This document shows, in pieces, positions 8,741-18,263 of a DNA stretch of 44,298 bases (position 1 is the first letter of the stretch; every line of letters begins with the position of its first letter). Position numbers and translations under genes: made by a program. The stretch comes from Pseudomonadota bacterium (GTDB taxonomy: Bacteria; Bdellovibrionota_B; Oligoflexia; Silvanigrellales; Silvanigrellaceae), in assembly GCA_041171905.1 (NCBI GenBank), contig JBEDKY010000392.1, forward strand, positions 1-44,298, in the 5' to 3' direction. Below the pieces are notes generated by a model. It searched no databases. It saw only the letters and a list, made by a program, of their open reading frames with translations, and was not told the origin of the DNA.

Positions 8741-8772
8741 CGAAAACAAGACCCGTTGTCAGTCCTGACAAC
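8741..8772 (-). terminator. Possible weak terminator overlapping the peptidase stop codon
   Basis: The minus strand reads GTTGTCAGGACTGACAAC (a 7-8 bp palindrome that includes the TGA stop), followed by GGGTCTTGTTTTCG. The T tract is interrupted. Confidence 0.3.
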
Positions 8773-9946
8773 AGCTGGTCTGACCCGAGGCTTGTAGCGA
8801 CAACGACTCCATCCGTGCAAGCACGCTGCGACGGAATTCATATTTCACGGCAGCCTTCAGCCCCGGAAAAAACTCACGCCAGTATTTGTCGGCAAAGCGC
8901 GGGTTGGTGCTCGAAAGCTCCAGGGTGACCGTCGGAACCTGCCGCTCGTTGCCGGCAAAATTACCCAATGAACCCGGGTAGAACGAGAAATCGAGTACAC
9001 GATAGTTGTTTGAATTTCTCGAGACAACATAGGCCAGATCGCGCGCCTTCTTTTCAAAAGTCGATAGATTCTGACGCTTGTTGTCGCCTGGACCGTCGTA
9101 ATCAAGAAACCCCAGCGGAGCATGAATCGAGACCACTTTGTCGGGCCTAAAGCGGCTCATCAGGTCGACCTGAAATTTGGTTCCCTGCTCCGTGTCGGGG
9201 GCTGCGCCCGGAAAGTGTCTTGGGTCGGATTTTCTGCGCTGCTTCCACCAACCAACGGCAGATGTCCACCAATCACGCGTCGCAAAGTTTCGATTCAAGT
9301 CGACACCATTGGCATTCGTTCTGCGCGCGGGAAACATGAAAAACCCGTCTGGATTCACCAATGGCGCGACGACAACGCGGTGTTGCGCAAAGAGGGCTGT
9401 GTCGTGGCGCAGTGCACCTGCGAATCGGAATGCAAGGTTGATGGGAGTCAGTTCATCCGGATGAACACCACCCAAAACCAGGGTACTTTCATCGGGCGGT
9501 AATTCCCCGTTCCCCCAAGTCAGACCCGAGTAGTCCCAATAAATCAGAGGATATCCCTGCTCAGAAACCCGATCGTACGTCCACGGGAGGGTGGAGCAGG
9601 GGCTTCTTCCCCAGCCCAACGTACGGTATCGCGCATCAACCTTGTCGCAAAGTTCAGCAATTCTTTGGGTTTTCCGCACCGCATCTGCAGAGCCAATCGC
9701 ATCAAAGACCGACATACCGGCAATGTTGTCCAGCCCGAACAAGCGCCGGCTGAGATAGTGAAATTCGCTGGCAACCGAACGTTCGGTTGATTTACCGATG
9801 ACCGACAGCGGAGCAGAATGGCTTGAACCCGACAGAAATTCATCCGAATTCGCAAGCGCGGAACCGGTGCCGCAAAACGCAGCTGCAACGGCCACTATCG
9901 ACAAAAATAGTCTTTTTGAATTGTTAACCAATTCTGCTCTTTTCAA
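8759..9946 (-). CDS. Secreted M14-family zinc carboxypeptidase (MpaA-like murein peptide amidase)
   Basis: The N-terminus has a signal peptide (LFLSIVAVAAAFCGTGSALA). Motifs present: GGVHPDELT (HxxE zinc ligands), VNPDG, NANGVDLNRNF and VVSIHAP. The start codon is TTG. Confidence 0.8.
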   Translation of the reverse strand: MKRAELVNNSKRLFLSIVAVAAAFCGTGSALANSDEFLSGSSHSAPLSVIGKSTERSVASEFHYLSRRLFGLDNIAGMSVFDAIGSADAVRKTQRIAELCDKVDARYRTLGWGRSPCSTLPWTYDRVSEQGYPLIYWDYSGLTWGNGELPPDESTLVLGGVHPDELTPINLAFRFAGALRHDTALFAQHRVVVAPLVNPDGFFMFPARRTNANGVDLNRNFATRDWWTSAVGWWKQRRKSDPRHFPGAAPDTEQGTKFQVDLMSRFRPDKVVSIHAPLGFLDYDGPGDNKRQNLSTFEKKARDLAYVVSRNSNNYRVLDFSFYPGSLGNFAGNERQVPTVTLELSSTNPRFADKYWREFFPGLKAAVKYEFRRSVLARMESLSLQASGQTSCCQD

Positions 9947-10282
9947 GCAGCGACCCCGTTCGGTTGGTTTGTTTTATTGCAGAAGGGCTCCTTCCATCGA
10001 ACGCTGGGATTGTAACCCTGTTCGGCGACAGACCTCAATTTGCATGAAATTCTCCTTTTCACTCGTCCAAAGGACCAGTAGGCTCGCGCTGCGATAGGTC
10101 GGACTGCCGACACCAAACACGACTCCCTGAGCTTCGAACGGGTGTCTCGATTCCATCATGCACCCGTGGGAGATTCAAGCATGTGGCGTCAAGGCAGAGC
10201 ACAGCACCAACGACCACTTGATTTGTCGGATTTTTAAAGCTTTTCTGCAGGGGAAAATTCTGCCGCAGACGAAGGGGGATGA

Positions 10283-10534
10283 ATGACCAGTCTCAGCAAT
10301 GGTTCACAGCGCCAAGCGATTCAACGATTTATTGATGAAAAAATTGCCCCTGGAGTGCAGTCACACGGTGGCGACGTTCTGATCGAAGGGTTAGAGAGCG
10401 GCATTTTGACCATCAGCCTTTCCGGAGCATGCGGCAGCTGCAGTGTTCAGGCGTACACATCCGAATCGATAGCCAACTACATCCTCGAAGAATTTCCTGA
10501 CCTTGACGACGTGATTGTCCGTGACCCAACATAA
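10283..10534 (+). CDS. NifU C-terminal-domain (Nfu-type) Fe-S cluster scaffold protein
   Basis: The sequence IAPGVQSHGGDVLIEGLESGILTISLSGACGSCS contains the CxxC of Nfu-type domains. The RBS AAGGGGG lies upstream. Confidence 0.85.
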   Translation: MTSLSNGSQRQAIQRFIDEKIAPGVQSHGGDVLIEGLESGILTISLSGACGSCSVQAYTSESIANYILEEFPDLDDVIVRDPT

Positions 10535-10582
10535 GGGGCGCCCTGCACGCTGCAGGATGCGCAACACGGGCGAGGCCGGCAA

Positions 10583-12217
10583 GTGAACGCTTTCATCCAA
10601 ATCCTTGAACAATTGCTGGCCGCCGTTCCAGTGAACAACTGGGCCTCCCAACGCTTTTACCCTTTTGCCCAGCCCCCCACCGCACCCGTCGAACTCTTTG
10701 ATGCCTGTGTTTTTCAACAGGATGCCAATGGAGCCCTCGGCATGGGGTGGCTGAGGTGCCCAGGCTTCGAGGCCCTGCTGACTTTTCCATTCCGCATCGC
10801 CCGATACAGTCAGGACGGAGACCTCATATCGCTACCACCGTGGAGCCTGCGCGAGGCGACCTCAGATGCACTCTTCTACTCGAACTGGAAACACGCAGCG
10901 CAGACCGCCGTCAGACTGCCGACCGTTCGTGGAGGAGCGCTGCAGTGCACCCAGTTCGGCGCCAAATCGAGTTTCAACATTATCAATCTGTGGACCGACA
11001 ACAAAAACGCATGCACGCGTGTCGAAACACAGCACCTGTGCAAAATTTTTCGCGTCGTTTCGCCCGGACAGCCTTTCTCCGTGGAAGCAGAGATTCTTGA
11101 GTACCTCAACGCGCAGAACCATTTCCTGCAACATCCGGAACTGACCACCCGCTACGACCTCCACCCAGCCAATTCTGACGGTCCCGGTCTGCCGGTTGCC
11201 ATCGTCACACGATACATCCAGAGCAATGCGAAGCTGTGGCAGGAACTCACGGTCAGGATTCAACACTCGCGCTATCCCGAACCAATGCGAGAGCGCTCAT
11301 CCCGCGCATCGTGGTACTCCATCGTTGAAATCGTCGGGAAACTCGGCCGGCTCCTCGGCGAGTTTCACATCGCAATGACCAACAGCCGCAAAAACAAATT
11401 ACTCAATCCGGTGACGAATCAGGGCGAGGCCAAGGAAAAATGGCTGGAGTGCCTGCTGCACAAACTTCACGAGCGGATTTATTTTGTCCGCAACCATATT
11501 CCTGCGCACAGCATTTCACCTCAGGACAGCGCAAAGTTGACGGGATTCGCGCAGACACTGTTCGAACGTGTCAAACAGAGCGAACACCTGGGGCTGCTCA
11601 TCCGCATTCACGGACACGCGCACCTCGGACAGGTCCTCCTCGGAGACGAGGGGTTGTTTCTGGTCAACTACGAAACCGACGTTCTTGATGACGAAGATTA
11701 CCGCTTGCAAAAACAAAGCTGTCTGAAAGATTTGGCCTCGATGATCGTCAGTCTCCAATTTGCCTGGTTCACCACCGAACGCAGTCAGGATATGCCGGTC
11801 TTCAGTGAGATACTCGCACCCGACAGCGACTACGGACGGCACGTCTTTAAGAACCTCGAGAACTTTGCGATCCCACAGCGCTATCAGCCGACTCTGCAAG
11901 AACTCGAAAACACTCTGACCCGCTCCTACCTGCAGACCATTGCCGAGGATCCGGCGAGTTTGGAACTATTGCCAGACAAGAGGTCTGATTTGGAAAACCT
12001 CTACGACTTTTGTTTTTTGATGAGAATTCTGAAAGAAACCCTGCGTGACCTGCAGCAACAGAACCCGCGATACAAAACCGGGCTCCGCATTTTGCTGGAC
12101 CTTGTGGACGGACGTCAGTTGCGGCCGAATTTTGAGGCCTTCTTCAATTCGCCCGCCCGCTCGGGCTCGTCACCCGCCTTCGAGACGCCCTACGGAACGG
12201 ACTCAGACTTCTCATAA
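10583..12217 (+). CDS. Maltokinase (Mak/Pep2)-like phosphotransferase-fold protein, catalytic motifs degenerate
   Basis: KIFRVVSPGQPFSVEAEILEYL and VTRYIQSNAKLWQ resemble the Mak cap and N-lobe. RIHGHAHLGQVLL and FLVNYETD align with the Mak HGDxHLGQ and DFEGEP motifs. The start codon is GTG. Confidence 0.55.
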   Translation: MNAFIQILEQLLAAVPVNNWASQRFYPFAQPPTAPVELFDACVFQQDANGALGMGWLRCPGFEALLTFPFRIARYSQDGDLISLPPWSLREATSDALFYSNWKHAAQTAVRLPTVRGGALQCTQFGAKSSFNIINLWTDNKNACTRVETQHLCKIFRVVSPGQPFSVEAEILEYLNAQNHFLQHPELTTRYDLHPANSDGPGLPVAIVTRYIQSNAKLWQELTVRIQHSRYPEPMRERSSRASWYSIVEIVGKLGRLLGEFHIAMTNSRKNKLLNPVTNQGEAKEKWLECLLHKLHERIYFVRNHIPAHSISPQDSAKLTGFAQTLFERVKQSEHLGLLIRIHGHAHLGQVLLGDEGLFLVNYETDVLDDEDYRLQKQSCLKDLASMIVSLQFAWFTTERSQDMPVFSEILAPDSDYGRHVFKNLENFAIPQRYQPTLQELENTLTRSYLQTIAEDPASLELLPDKRSDLENLYDFCFLMRILKETLRDLQQQNPRYKTGLRILLDLVDGRQLRPNFEAFFNSPARSGSSPAFETPYGTDSDFS

Positions 12218-12264
12218 AATTCGGCCTGTGCAAGCGCTGCAGCGATATTGTGACGGCTCAATAT

Positions 12265-12293
12265 TTGACACGGATAGGTGCTTTGACAATACT
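12265..12293 (+). promoter_or_regulatory. Candidate sigma70-type promoter for ndk
   Basis: The sequence is TTGACA (12265-12270), a 17-nt spacer, then AATACT (12288-12293). It lies about 60 nt upstream of the ndk ATG. Confidence 0.35.
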
Positions 12294-12354
12294 GCGGCAC
12301 ACTTGGCGGCCAGGTATTCGCGCTTGGATCGGCTTTTTATGAAAGGAATGCAAC

Positions 12355-12780
12355 ATGGAATTGACCTTCTCGATCATCAAACCGGATGGCGTGCGTCGCA
12401 ATCTCGTTGGAAAAATCTTCAACATGATGGAAACTGCCGGCTTGCGCATCGTCGCAACGAAAATGATCCACATGTCCCGCCGCGAAGCTGAACAGTTCTA
12501 CGCAGTACACAAAGAGCGCCCCTTCTTTGGCGAACTGTGCGACTTCATGTGCTCCGGACCTGTTGTTGTGTCCGCCCTTGAAGCTCCAAACGCAGTTGTC
12601 AAATACCGCGACCTGATGGGCGCAACAGATCCCAAGAAGGCAGCCAAAGGCACGATCCGCGCTGAGTTTTCCGAAAGCATCGGCGAAAACACAGTGCACG
12701 GCTCGGACTCCAACGAGAACGCAGCCATTGAATTGGCCTTCTTCTTTGCCGGCACAGAGCTTGTCAATCGCGCCCGCTAA
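12355..12780 (+). CDS. ndk: Nucleoside diphosphate kinase
   Basis: Motifs present: [10 protein letters not shown] and GATDP, with the active-site region NTVHGSDS. The length of 141 aa is typical. Confidence 0.97.
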   Translation: MELTFSIIKPDGVRRNLVGKIFNMMETAGLRIVATKMIHMSRREAEQFYAVHKERPFFGELCDFMCSGPVVVSALEAPNAVVKYRDLMGATDPKKAAKGTIRAEFSESIGENTVHGSDSNENAAIELAFFFAGTELVNRAR

Positions 12781-12823
12781 CGTACACTCCTATGCTGCGG
12801 CACCTTCCGCAGCCGGGTGATGA

Positions 12824-12857
12824 GGAGGGGTCTGAGTAAGACTCCTTCTTTTTTTTT
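12824..12857 (+). terminator. Rho-independent terminator after ndk
   Basis: GGAGGGGTCT-GAGTA-AGACTCCTTC forms a 10-bp stem with two GU pairs. It is followed by T9 (12849-12857). Confidence 0.75.
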
Positions 12858-12881
12858 GAAAACTTTGGAAGAGAGACGGCA

Positions 12882-15314
12882 ATGGCTAATAAGGACATTC
12901 TTCTGACTCCAGAAATCGTGAATGACGTGGCAGGCGAACTGAGCATTGCCAAGACTCCGGTCGAAAATACCCTCAAGCTCATTCTTGATGACTGCACCGT
13001 CCCCTTTATTGCGCGTTATCGCAAAGAAGCCACCGGTGGTCTGGACGAAGTTCAAATCCGCGACATTCGCGACAGATTCGAATACCTGCTCGCGCTCAAT
13101 GAACGCAAAGAAAGCATTCTCAAATCCATTCAGGAGCAGGGCAAACTGACGCCCGTCCTGGAAGCAAAAATCAAAACGTGCAAGGTCAAGGCCGAACTCG
13201 AAGACCTCTACCTGCCCTTCAAACCCAAGAAACGCACCCGTGGTCAAATCGCCAAGGAGCGCGGACTCGAGCCACTGGCGCTGGAAATTCTCCGTCAGGA
13301 TCCGGCGCTCGAAGATCTCGCAGCCCTGTGCGTTTCGTATGTCGGACATCATGCGGAAGTCACAACCCTTGAAATCGCAATCCAGGGAGCAAAAGACTAT
13401 ATCGCCGAGCAGATCTCCGAACGCGCCGATGTGCGCGGCGAACTGCGGCAATGGATTTTCGACAACGCAACTTTTGTTTCGCTCGTGCGCGACGAGCACA
13501 AAGAAAAGAAAACTAAATACAATAACTACTACGACTTCCGCGAACCAGTGAAATCCATTGCCGCACACCGGCTGATGGCGCTCCGCCGCGGTGAAAAAGA
13601 GGAAATTCTCAAGGTCACTCTCGATTACGAGGCTGACACATCGATGGCACTGATCTCTGATCGTGTGCTTGAGTCAAAAGCAACGGTGCCGGTGAAAACA
13701 CTTCTTGCAGAGTGCGTTAAAGACGCATTCTCGCGACTGCTCGCACCAAGCATCGAGACAGAATTGCGGCTTGAAACAAAGAACCGCGCCGAAGAGGAAG
13801 CGATTCACGTCTTCGCAAAAAATCTTCGCTCGCTTCTTCTTTTGCCGCCGATTCCCAAGAAAATTGTTCTGGGCGTGGACCCCGGTATCCGCACGGGCAG
13901 CAAACTGGTTGTCGTCGACGGAACCGGCAAACTGCTCGACCACACGACTATCTTTCCAGATGTCGAACAGCCGGCAGACGCACCGAAGAACAAAAACTCG
14001 GTCGAAAAATCACTCGATTTCATCAAGCGCTATGCTGTTGAGTACGTCAGCATCGGCAACGGAACCGCCGGTCGGGAAATGGACGATTTTTTCCACCAAA
14101 TCGCCGAGCGCAACAAAGATCTTAAAATCAAGGTGCTGGTGGTCAACGAGGCCGGCGCGAGTGTTTACTCCGCCAGCGATGTTGCGCGCGATGAATTCCC
14201 CGACCTCGATTTGACTTACCGCGGGGCGGTCAGCATTGCCCGCAGGCTGCAAGACCCGTTGGCCGAGTTGGTCAAAATTGAGCCCAAGAGCATTGGCGTC
14301 GGACAATACCAGCACGACGTCAATCAAAGCCGGCTGAAAAAACAACTCGATGAAGTTGTGGAAAGCTGTGTGAACTATGTTGGTGTCAACCTCAACACGG
14401 CAAGCCCGAGCCTTCTTTCATATGTTGCCGGTATCGGCCCGACTCTGGCGAAGAACATTGTCCGGCACCGCGAGCAAAAGGGAATTTTCAAAGACCGCAC
14501 AGCACTCTTTGAAGTGATGGGTTTTGGTCCGAAGGCCTTCGAGCAGGCAGCAGGCTTCCTTCGCATACCTGAAGCCAGCAACCCTCTCGACAACACAGCC
14601 GTTCATCCGGAGGCCTACAAGGTTGTCGAACGCATCGCCGCAGACCTCAACAAATCGCTGTCCGATTTGATTGGCCAACGCGAGGTTCTCAACACTCTCG
14701 ACCTCAAGCGCTACGTCACCGATGAAATTGGTGTTCCGACACTGCAAGACATCGTAAAAGAGCTGCAAAAACCTGGCCGCGACCCGCGTGAAGACGGCGT
14801 GAAGCACACCTACAACCGCGACGTCCGCGACCTCAACGCTCTGCAGGAAGGAATGGTCCTCACCGGCACAGTCACCAACGTCACCAACTTCGGTGCGTTT
14901 GTCGACATCGGCGTGCATCAGGACGGACTCATTCACATCAGCGAACTCTCGAACCAATTCGTGAAGGACGCTTCGCAGGCGATCGCAGTCGGTGAACAGG
15001 TGAAGGTGAAAGTCATTGCGGTCGACAAAGAGCGCAAGCGCATCAGCCTGAGCCGCAGAGCTGTGGAAGAGGGAGTTGCAAGCACGCTCGGCGGAGGGCC
15101 AACGGCTCAGCGCGCCGGTGCTTCCTCAGGCGGGCCACAGTCTCAACCACGCCCGTCACACGGTGGTCAGAACAACAGACCGTCCGCTTCATCGGGTTCT
15201 CAATCTGGACCGCGCCGTCCGAGCGGGCGCGAAGAACGCCCACTTGCCGCGCAGCCGTCGGGTCCCGCTTCGTTGCAAGACTTGCTCAACAAGTTTAACA
15301 ACAAGCGACTTTAA
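12882..15314 (+). CDS. tex: Tex-like transcription accessory protein (YqgF/HhH/S1 domains) with low-complexity C-terminal tail
   Basis: Present are VPFIARYRKEATGGL, the YqgF-like VLGVDPGIRTGSKLVVVD, HhH repeats and the S1 domain GTVTNVTNFGAFVDIGVHQDGLIHISE. Confidence 0.95.
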   Translation: MANKDILLTPEIVNDVAGELSIAKTPVENTLKLILDDCTVPFIARYRKEATGGLDEVQIRDIRDRFEYLLALNERKESILKSIQEQGKLTPVLEAKIKTCKVKAELEDLYLPFKPKKRTRGQIAKERGLEPLALEILRQDPALEDLAALCVSYVGHHAEVTTLEIAIQGAKDYIAEQISERADVRGELRQWIFDNATFVSLVRDEHKEKKTKYNNYYDFREPVKSIAAHRLMALRRGEKEEILKVTLDYEADTSMALISDRVLESKATVPVKTLLAECVKDAFSRLLAPSIETELRLETKNRAEEEAIHVFAKNLRSLLLLPPIPKKIVLGVDPGIRTGSKLVVVDGTGKLLDHTTIFPDVEQPADAPKNKNSVEKSLDFIKRYAVEYVSIGNGTAGREMDDFFHQIAERNKDLKIKVLVVNEAGASVYSASDVARDEFPDLDLTYRGAVSIARRLQDPLAELVKIEPKSIGVGQYQHDVNQSRLKKQLDEVVESCVNYVGVNLNTASPSLLSYVAGIGPTLAKNIVRHREQKGIFKDRTALFEVMGFGPKAFEQAAGFLRIPEASNPLDNTAVHPEAYKVVERIAADLNKSLSDLIGQREVLNTLDLKRYVTDEIGVPTLQDIVKELQKPGRDPREDGVKHTYNRDVRDLNALQEGMVLTGTVTNVTNFGAFVDIGVHQDGLIHISELSNQFVKDASQAIAVGEQVKVKVIAVDKERKRISLSRRAVEEGVASTLGGGPTAQRAGASSGGPQSQPRPSHGGQNNRPSASSGSQSGPRRPSGREERPLAAQPSGPASLQDLLNKFNNKRL

Positions 15315-15335
15315 CAAAGACGGAGGACAAGGGTT

Positions 15336-16226
15336 GTGGGTCAACAAACATTTCTTGGTGTGATTGGCGGCTCCGGCCTTTATGATCTGCCCGGAATTAC
15401 CAATGTGCAGGAAAAATCAATCGCAACTCCGTTCGGCATGCCCAGTGATGCGATCATCACTGGCACACTCAACGGCCGGCGGGTTGCTTTTCTCCCGCGC
15501 CACGGAAAAGGCCACAGATTCACCCCCTCCGAAGTGAACTACCGGGCCAATATTTATGCGCTCAAATCGCTGGGTGTCACGCACATCCTCAGCGTCAGTG
15601 CAGTCGGAAGCCTGCAGGAAAAATACGCCCCGGGCTGCGTTGTCATCCCCAAACAGCTGCTCGACAAAACTGCGCACATGCGTGAGCGGACCTTCTTTGG
15701 CAAAGGCGTTGTCGGGCACATCAGCCTTGCTGACCCCTATTGCCCGCAGCTGCAAGAAATCGCGCTCGCTGCGTGCAAACGCGAGGGAGTGACAGTTTTT
15801 CAAGAGGGGACTTACGTTTGCGTCGAAGGCCCGCGCTTTTCATCGCGGGCTGAAAGCCACTCGTTCAGAAACGAGGGATGCGGAATCATCGGCATGACCG
15901 CAATGCCAGAGGCATCACTTGCACGCGAAGCGGAAATTCCATACTGCACGTTGGCTTTCGTCACGGATTACGACTGCTGGAAGGAGCACGAAGAAGCTGT
16001 CTCGGTCGAGGCTGTCTTGGCTGTGCTCAAGAAAAACGTCGACGCCTCGAAGCGCATTGTGAAGAATATTTTGGAAGCAATGCCGGAGTCCTCCGACAAT
16101 CCGATCTTCAACGCTGCCCAGTTTGCGTTGATGACATCACCTGAGCTCATTCCAGCCGAAACCAAGCGCGCCTTGTGGCCGCTGTTCGGAAAATACTGGA
16201 GCAACGGCGCTGGTCAGCAACACTGA
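15336..16226 (+). CDS. mtnP: S-methyl-5'-thioadenosine phosphorylase
   Basis: Motifs present: GVIGGSGLYDL, VAFLPRHGKGHRFTPSEVNYRANI and GMTAMPEASLAREAE. The GTG start is preceded by GGAGGA. Confidence 0.9.
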   Translation: MGQQTFLGVIGGSGLYDLPGITNVQEKSIATPFGMPSDAIITGTLNGRRVAFLPRHGKGHRFTPSEVNYRANIYALKSLGVTHILSVSAVGSLQEKYAPGCVVIPKQLLDKTAHMRERTFFGKGVVGHISLADPYCPQLQEIALAACKREGVTVFQEGTYVCVEGPRFSSRAESHSFRNEGCGIIGMTAMPEASLAREAEIPYCTLAFVTDYDCWKEHEEAVSVEAVLAVLKKNVDASKRIVKNILEAMPESSDNPIFNAAQFALMTSPELIPAETKRALWPLFGKYWSNGAGQQH

Positions 16227-17077
16227 TGTCGCGGCGCGGCCTGACGACTTTCCATTTCCGTCAACTGCTTTCGCTGCACGTCATTCCTGCATTCACCGAC
16301 AACTACCTATATGCTCTGCAAGGATCGACTGCTGCTCAATGTGCGGTGGTCGACCCAGGTGATGGCAATGTCATCATGGCTTTTCTCGCTCAAAACCAAC
16401 TGCAACTCTCGCATATTCTGCTGACCCACCATCACCGCGATCACACCGGCGGGGTCGCACAGCTGCTGGCTGCATTTCCAAGCGCAACAATCATTTGCTC
16501 CACTTGGATGAAGATTCCTGATAGCTGGACATCAGCTCAGATCATCCGCATGAGCACCGGCGAAGAAGTCGGATACAAGCTGTTTGGTCAGACTCTGAGG
16601 GCGATCGACGTCAGAGGGCATACTTTGGATCACATCGCCTTTGTGCTGCCTGCGTCACCTGGCGATGAAGGACCATGCGAAGCATTTGTCGGAGACTCGC
16701 TGTTCGGTGCTGGCTGCGGCGGCCTTTTTGAGGGCAGCTATGAGCAGATGCTGCAGGCTCTCATCCAGCTCCGCTCGCTGCCTGCCAATACGCGGCTGTG
16801 GTGTGCTCACGAGTACACTCTGAAGAACCTGCGCGTGGCTGTTCAACTCGGAGAAGACAACCCCGAGCAGGCAGACCGACTCGCAAAACTCGAACATTCC
16901 GTTGCACAGGCTGGCGCCGAGCCGCATGAATGGATGACCATACCCCTGATGCTTTCCCAAGAAATCGAGACAAATCCTTTTCTTAGATGGGACCAACCAA
17001 GCCTGCAAAAAGCCATTGACACCCGCAGCAGTCTTGAAACATTCACCCATGTCAGACAATTTCGCGATCGGTTTTGA
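16226..17077 (+). CDS. gloB: Hydroxyacylglutathione hydrolase (glyoxalase II, metallo-beta-lactamase fold)
   Basis: Motifs present: IPAFTDNYLYAL, LLTHHHRDHTGG, HTLDHIAF and CAHEYT. ATG 16226 overlaps the mtnP stop codon (TGATG). Confidence 0.85.
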   Translation: MSRRGLTTFHFRQLLSLHVIPAFTDNYLYALQGSTAAQCAVVDPGDGNVIMAFLAQNQLQLSHILLTHHHRDHTGGVAQLLAAFPSATIICSTWMKIPDSWTSAQIIRMSTGEEVGYKLFGQTLRAIDVRGHTLDHIAFVLPASPGDEGPCEAFVGDSLFGAGCGGLFEGSYEQMLQALIQLRSLPANTRLWCAHEYTLKNLRVAVQLGEDNPEQADRLAKLEHSVAQAGAEPHEWMTIPLMLSQEIETNPFLRWDQPSLQKAIDTRSSLETFTHVRQFRDRF

Positions 17078-17110
17078 AGAGAGAAAACAAGCACAGGGAT
17101 TCAGCAGCAA

Positions 17111-17503
17111 ATGGAAAATCTTTTCAGCTTGGTGAAAGTGATCAAGTGGCCTCACAAGGAAACTCCCACAGAACAAAACGTCGCTGCCGAGATGCAGAAA
17201 TACGGCTACCAGGTCTACGATCTGCAGACGATTCCGCCTTGGTTTGAACGCTCACGCCATGCGCATGACTACGATGAAATCCGTGCGGCGGTCGCGGGTG
17301 TCACCACCTTTCATTTCGACGATTTTCCGGTCACAATCGAAGCGGGCGACATTCTCATTATCCCTGGCGGAATTCCGCACGCCGTGCGCACACACAACGA
17401 CAAGCCATTCACCGCCTACAAAGGTTCGACGTCCGGTGAGCGATCAGTCACCGAACATGGCGACGGACGCGGCAGCGTTGAAGACCTGGCGAAAAACAAA
17501 TGA
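17111..17503 (+). CDS. Small cupin-domain protein
   Basis: A single cupin barrel motif is present: HAHDYDEI...AGDILIIPGGIPHAV. Confidence 0.7.
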   Translation: MENLFSLVKVIKWPHKETPTEQNVAAEMQKYGYQVYDLQTIPPWFERSRHAHDYDEIRAAVAGVTTFHFDDFPVTIEAGDILIIPGGIPHAVRTHNDKPFTAYKGSTSGERSVTEHGDGRGSVEDLAKNK

Positions 17504-17516
17504 AAGAAGGCACAAA

Positions 17517-18188
17517 ATGAAATTCTTCTTTTTTGACCTCGACGGTACGCTTGAGGACAGCAGAAAAGACATGGTTGCCGCAGCTGCGCACGTGCGCCAG
17601 TCTCTTGGCCTGACAACACGCGAGTTTTCGGCACTGGTTCCACACGTCAATAAAGGCATGCGCGAACTTTATCTCAATTGCTTTGATGACTTTATCAACA
17701 GCGCAGGCGCACCCGAAGCCCGCGAGGAAAAAATTCTCACGGTGCAGAAACATTATGAACAGCGTTACGCAGATTTCATCGCAGTCGAAACAAAACTTTA
17801 TGCCGGCATACGCGCTGCCCTCGAAGACGCGCGCAGCCTTGGCCGCGTGGCGGTTATCACCAACAAGCCTGAGCATTTGTCGATTCGCCTGCTGGAATCG
17901 CTCGGTGTGCTTTCGCTCATCGATCTTGTCGTCGGCGGAGACACATGCCACGAAGCCAAACCGAGTCCGGTGCCTTTGCGATTCGCTTTGGAAAAATTAG
18001 GTGGAGACATTGCGCGCGATCAGGTCTTCATGGTCGGCGACAGTCAGGGCGATGCGCGTGCGGGCTCACTTTGTGGTGCACAGACGGTTTGGTGCGCTTG
18101 GGGCTACCAAAGCGATGCACCGACCCAACCGGCGCCACAACACATCGCCGCAAGACCTGATGATCTAAGGCAAATTTTCAGGCGTTAA
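17517..18188 (+). CDS. gph: HAD-superfamily phosphatase, phosphoglycolate phosphatase-like
   Basis: HAD motifs are present: FFFDLDGTLEDS, ITNKP, AKPSP and MVGDSQGD. ATG 17517 was chosen because the in-frame extension to 17244 overlaps the cupin gene. Confidence 0.8.
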   Translation: MKFFFFDLDGTLEDSRKDMVAAAAHVRQSLGLTTREFSALVPHVNKGMRELYLNCFDDFINSAGAPEAREEKILTVQKHYEQRYADFIAVETKLYAGIRAALEDARSLGRVAVITNKPEHLSIRLLESLGVLSLIDLVVGGDTCHEAKPSPVPLRFALEKLGGDIARDQVFMVGDSQGDARAGSLCGAQTVWCAWGYQSDAPTQPAPQHIAARPDDLRQIFRR

Positions 18189-18263
18189 GATTGTTCACTT
18201 TGACCTTGCGGGGGGCGGCGAATTGATCCATCCATCCGCCCTCACACAGTTGCCGGAGGAAGA

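Noticed and set aside
9947-10282. A 336-nt intergenic region lies between the M14 peptidase and the Nfu-type gene. I inspected it for a tmRNA, SRP RNA, RNase P RNA or riboswitch.
   Set aside because: I found only small local hairpins (GTCGG-ACTG-CCGAC, and ACGGGTG...CACCCGT at 10138-10167). No conserved core motif of those RNA families is recognisable by eye. It is most simply a divergent promoter region, and a covariance-model scan (Infernal/Rfam) would be needed to say more.
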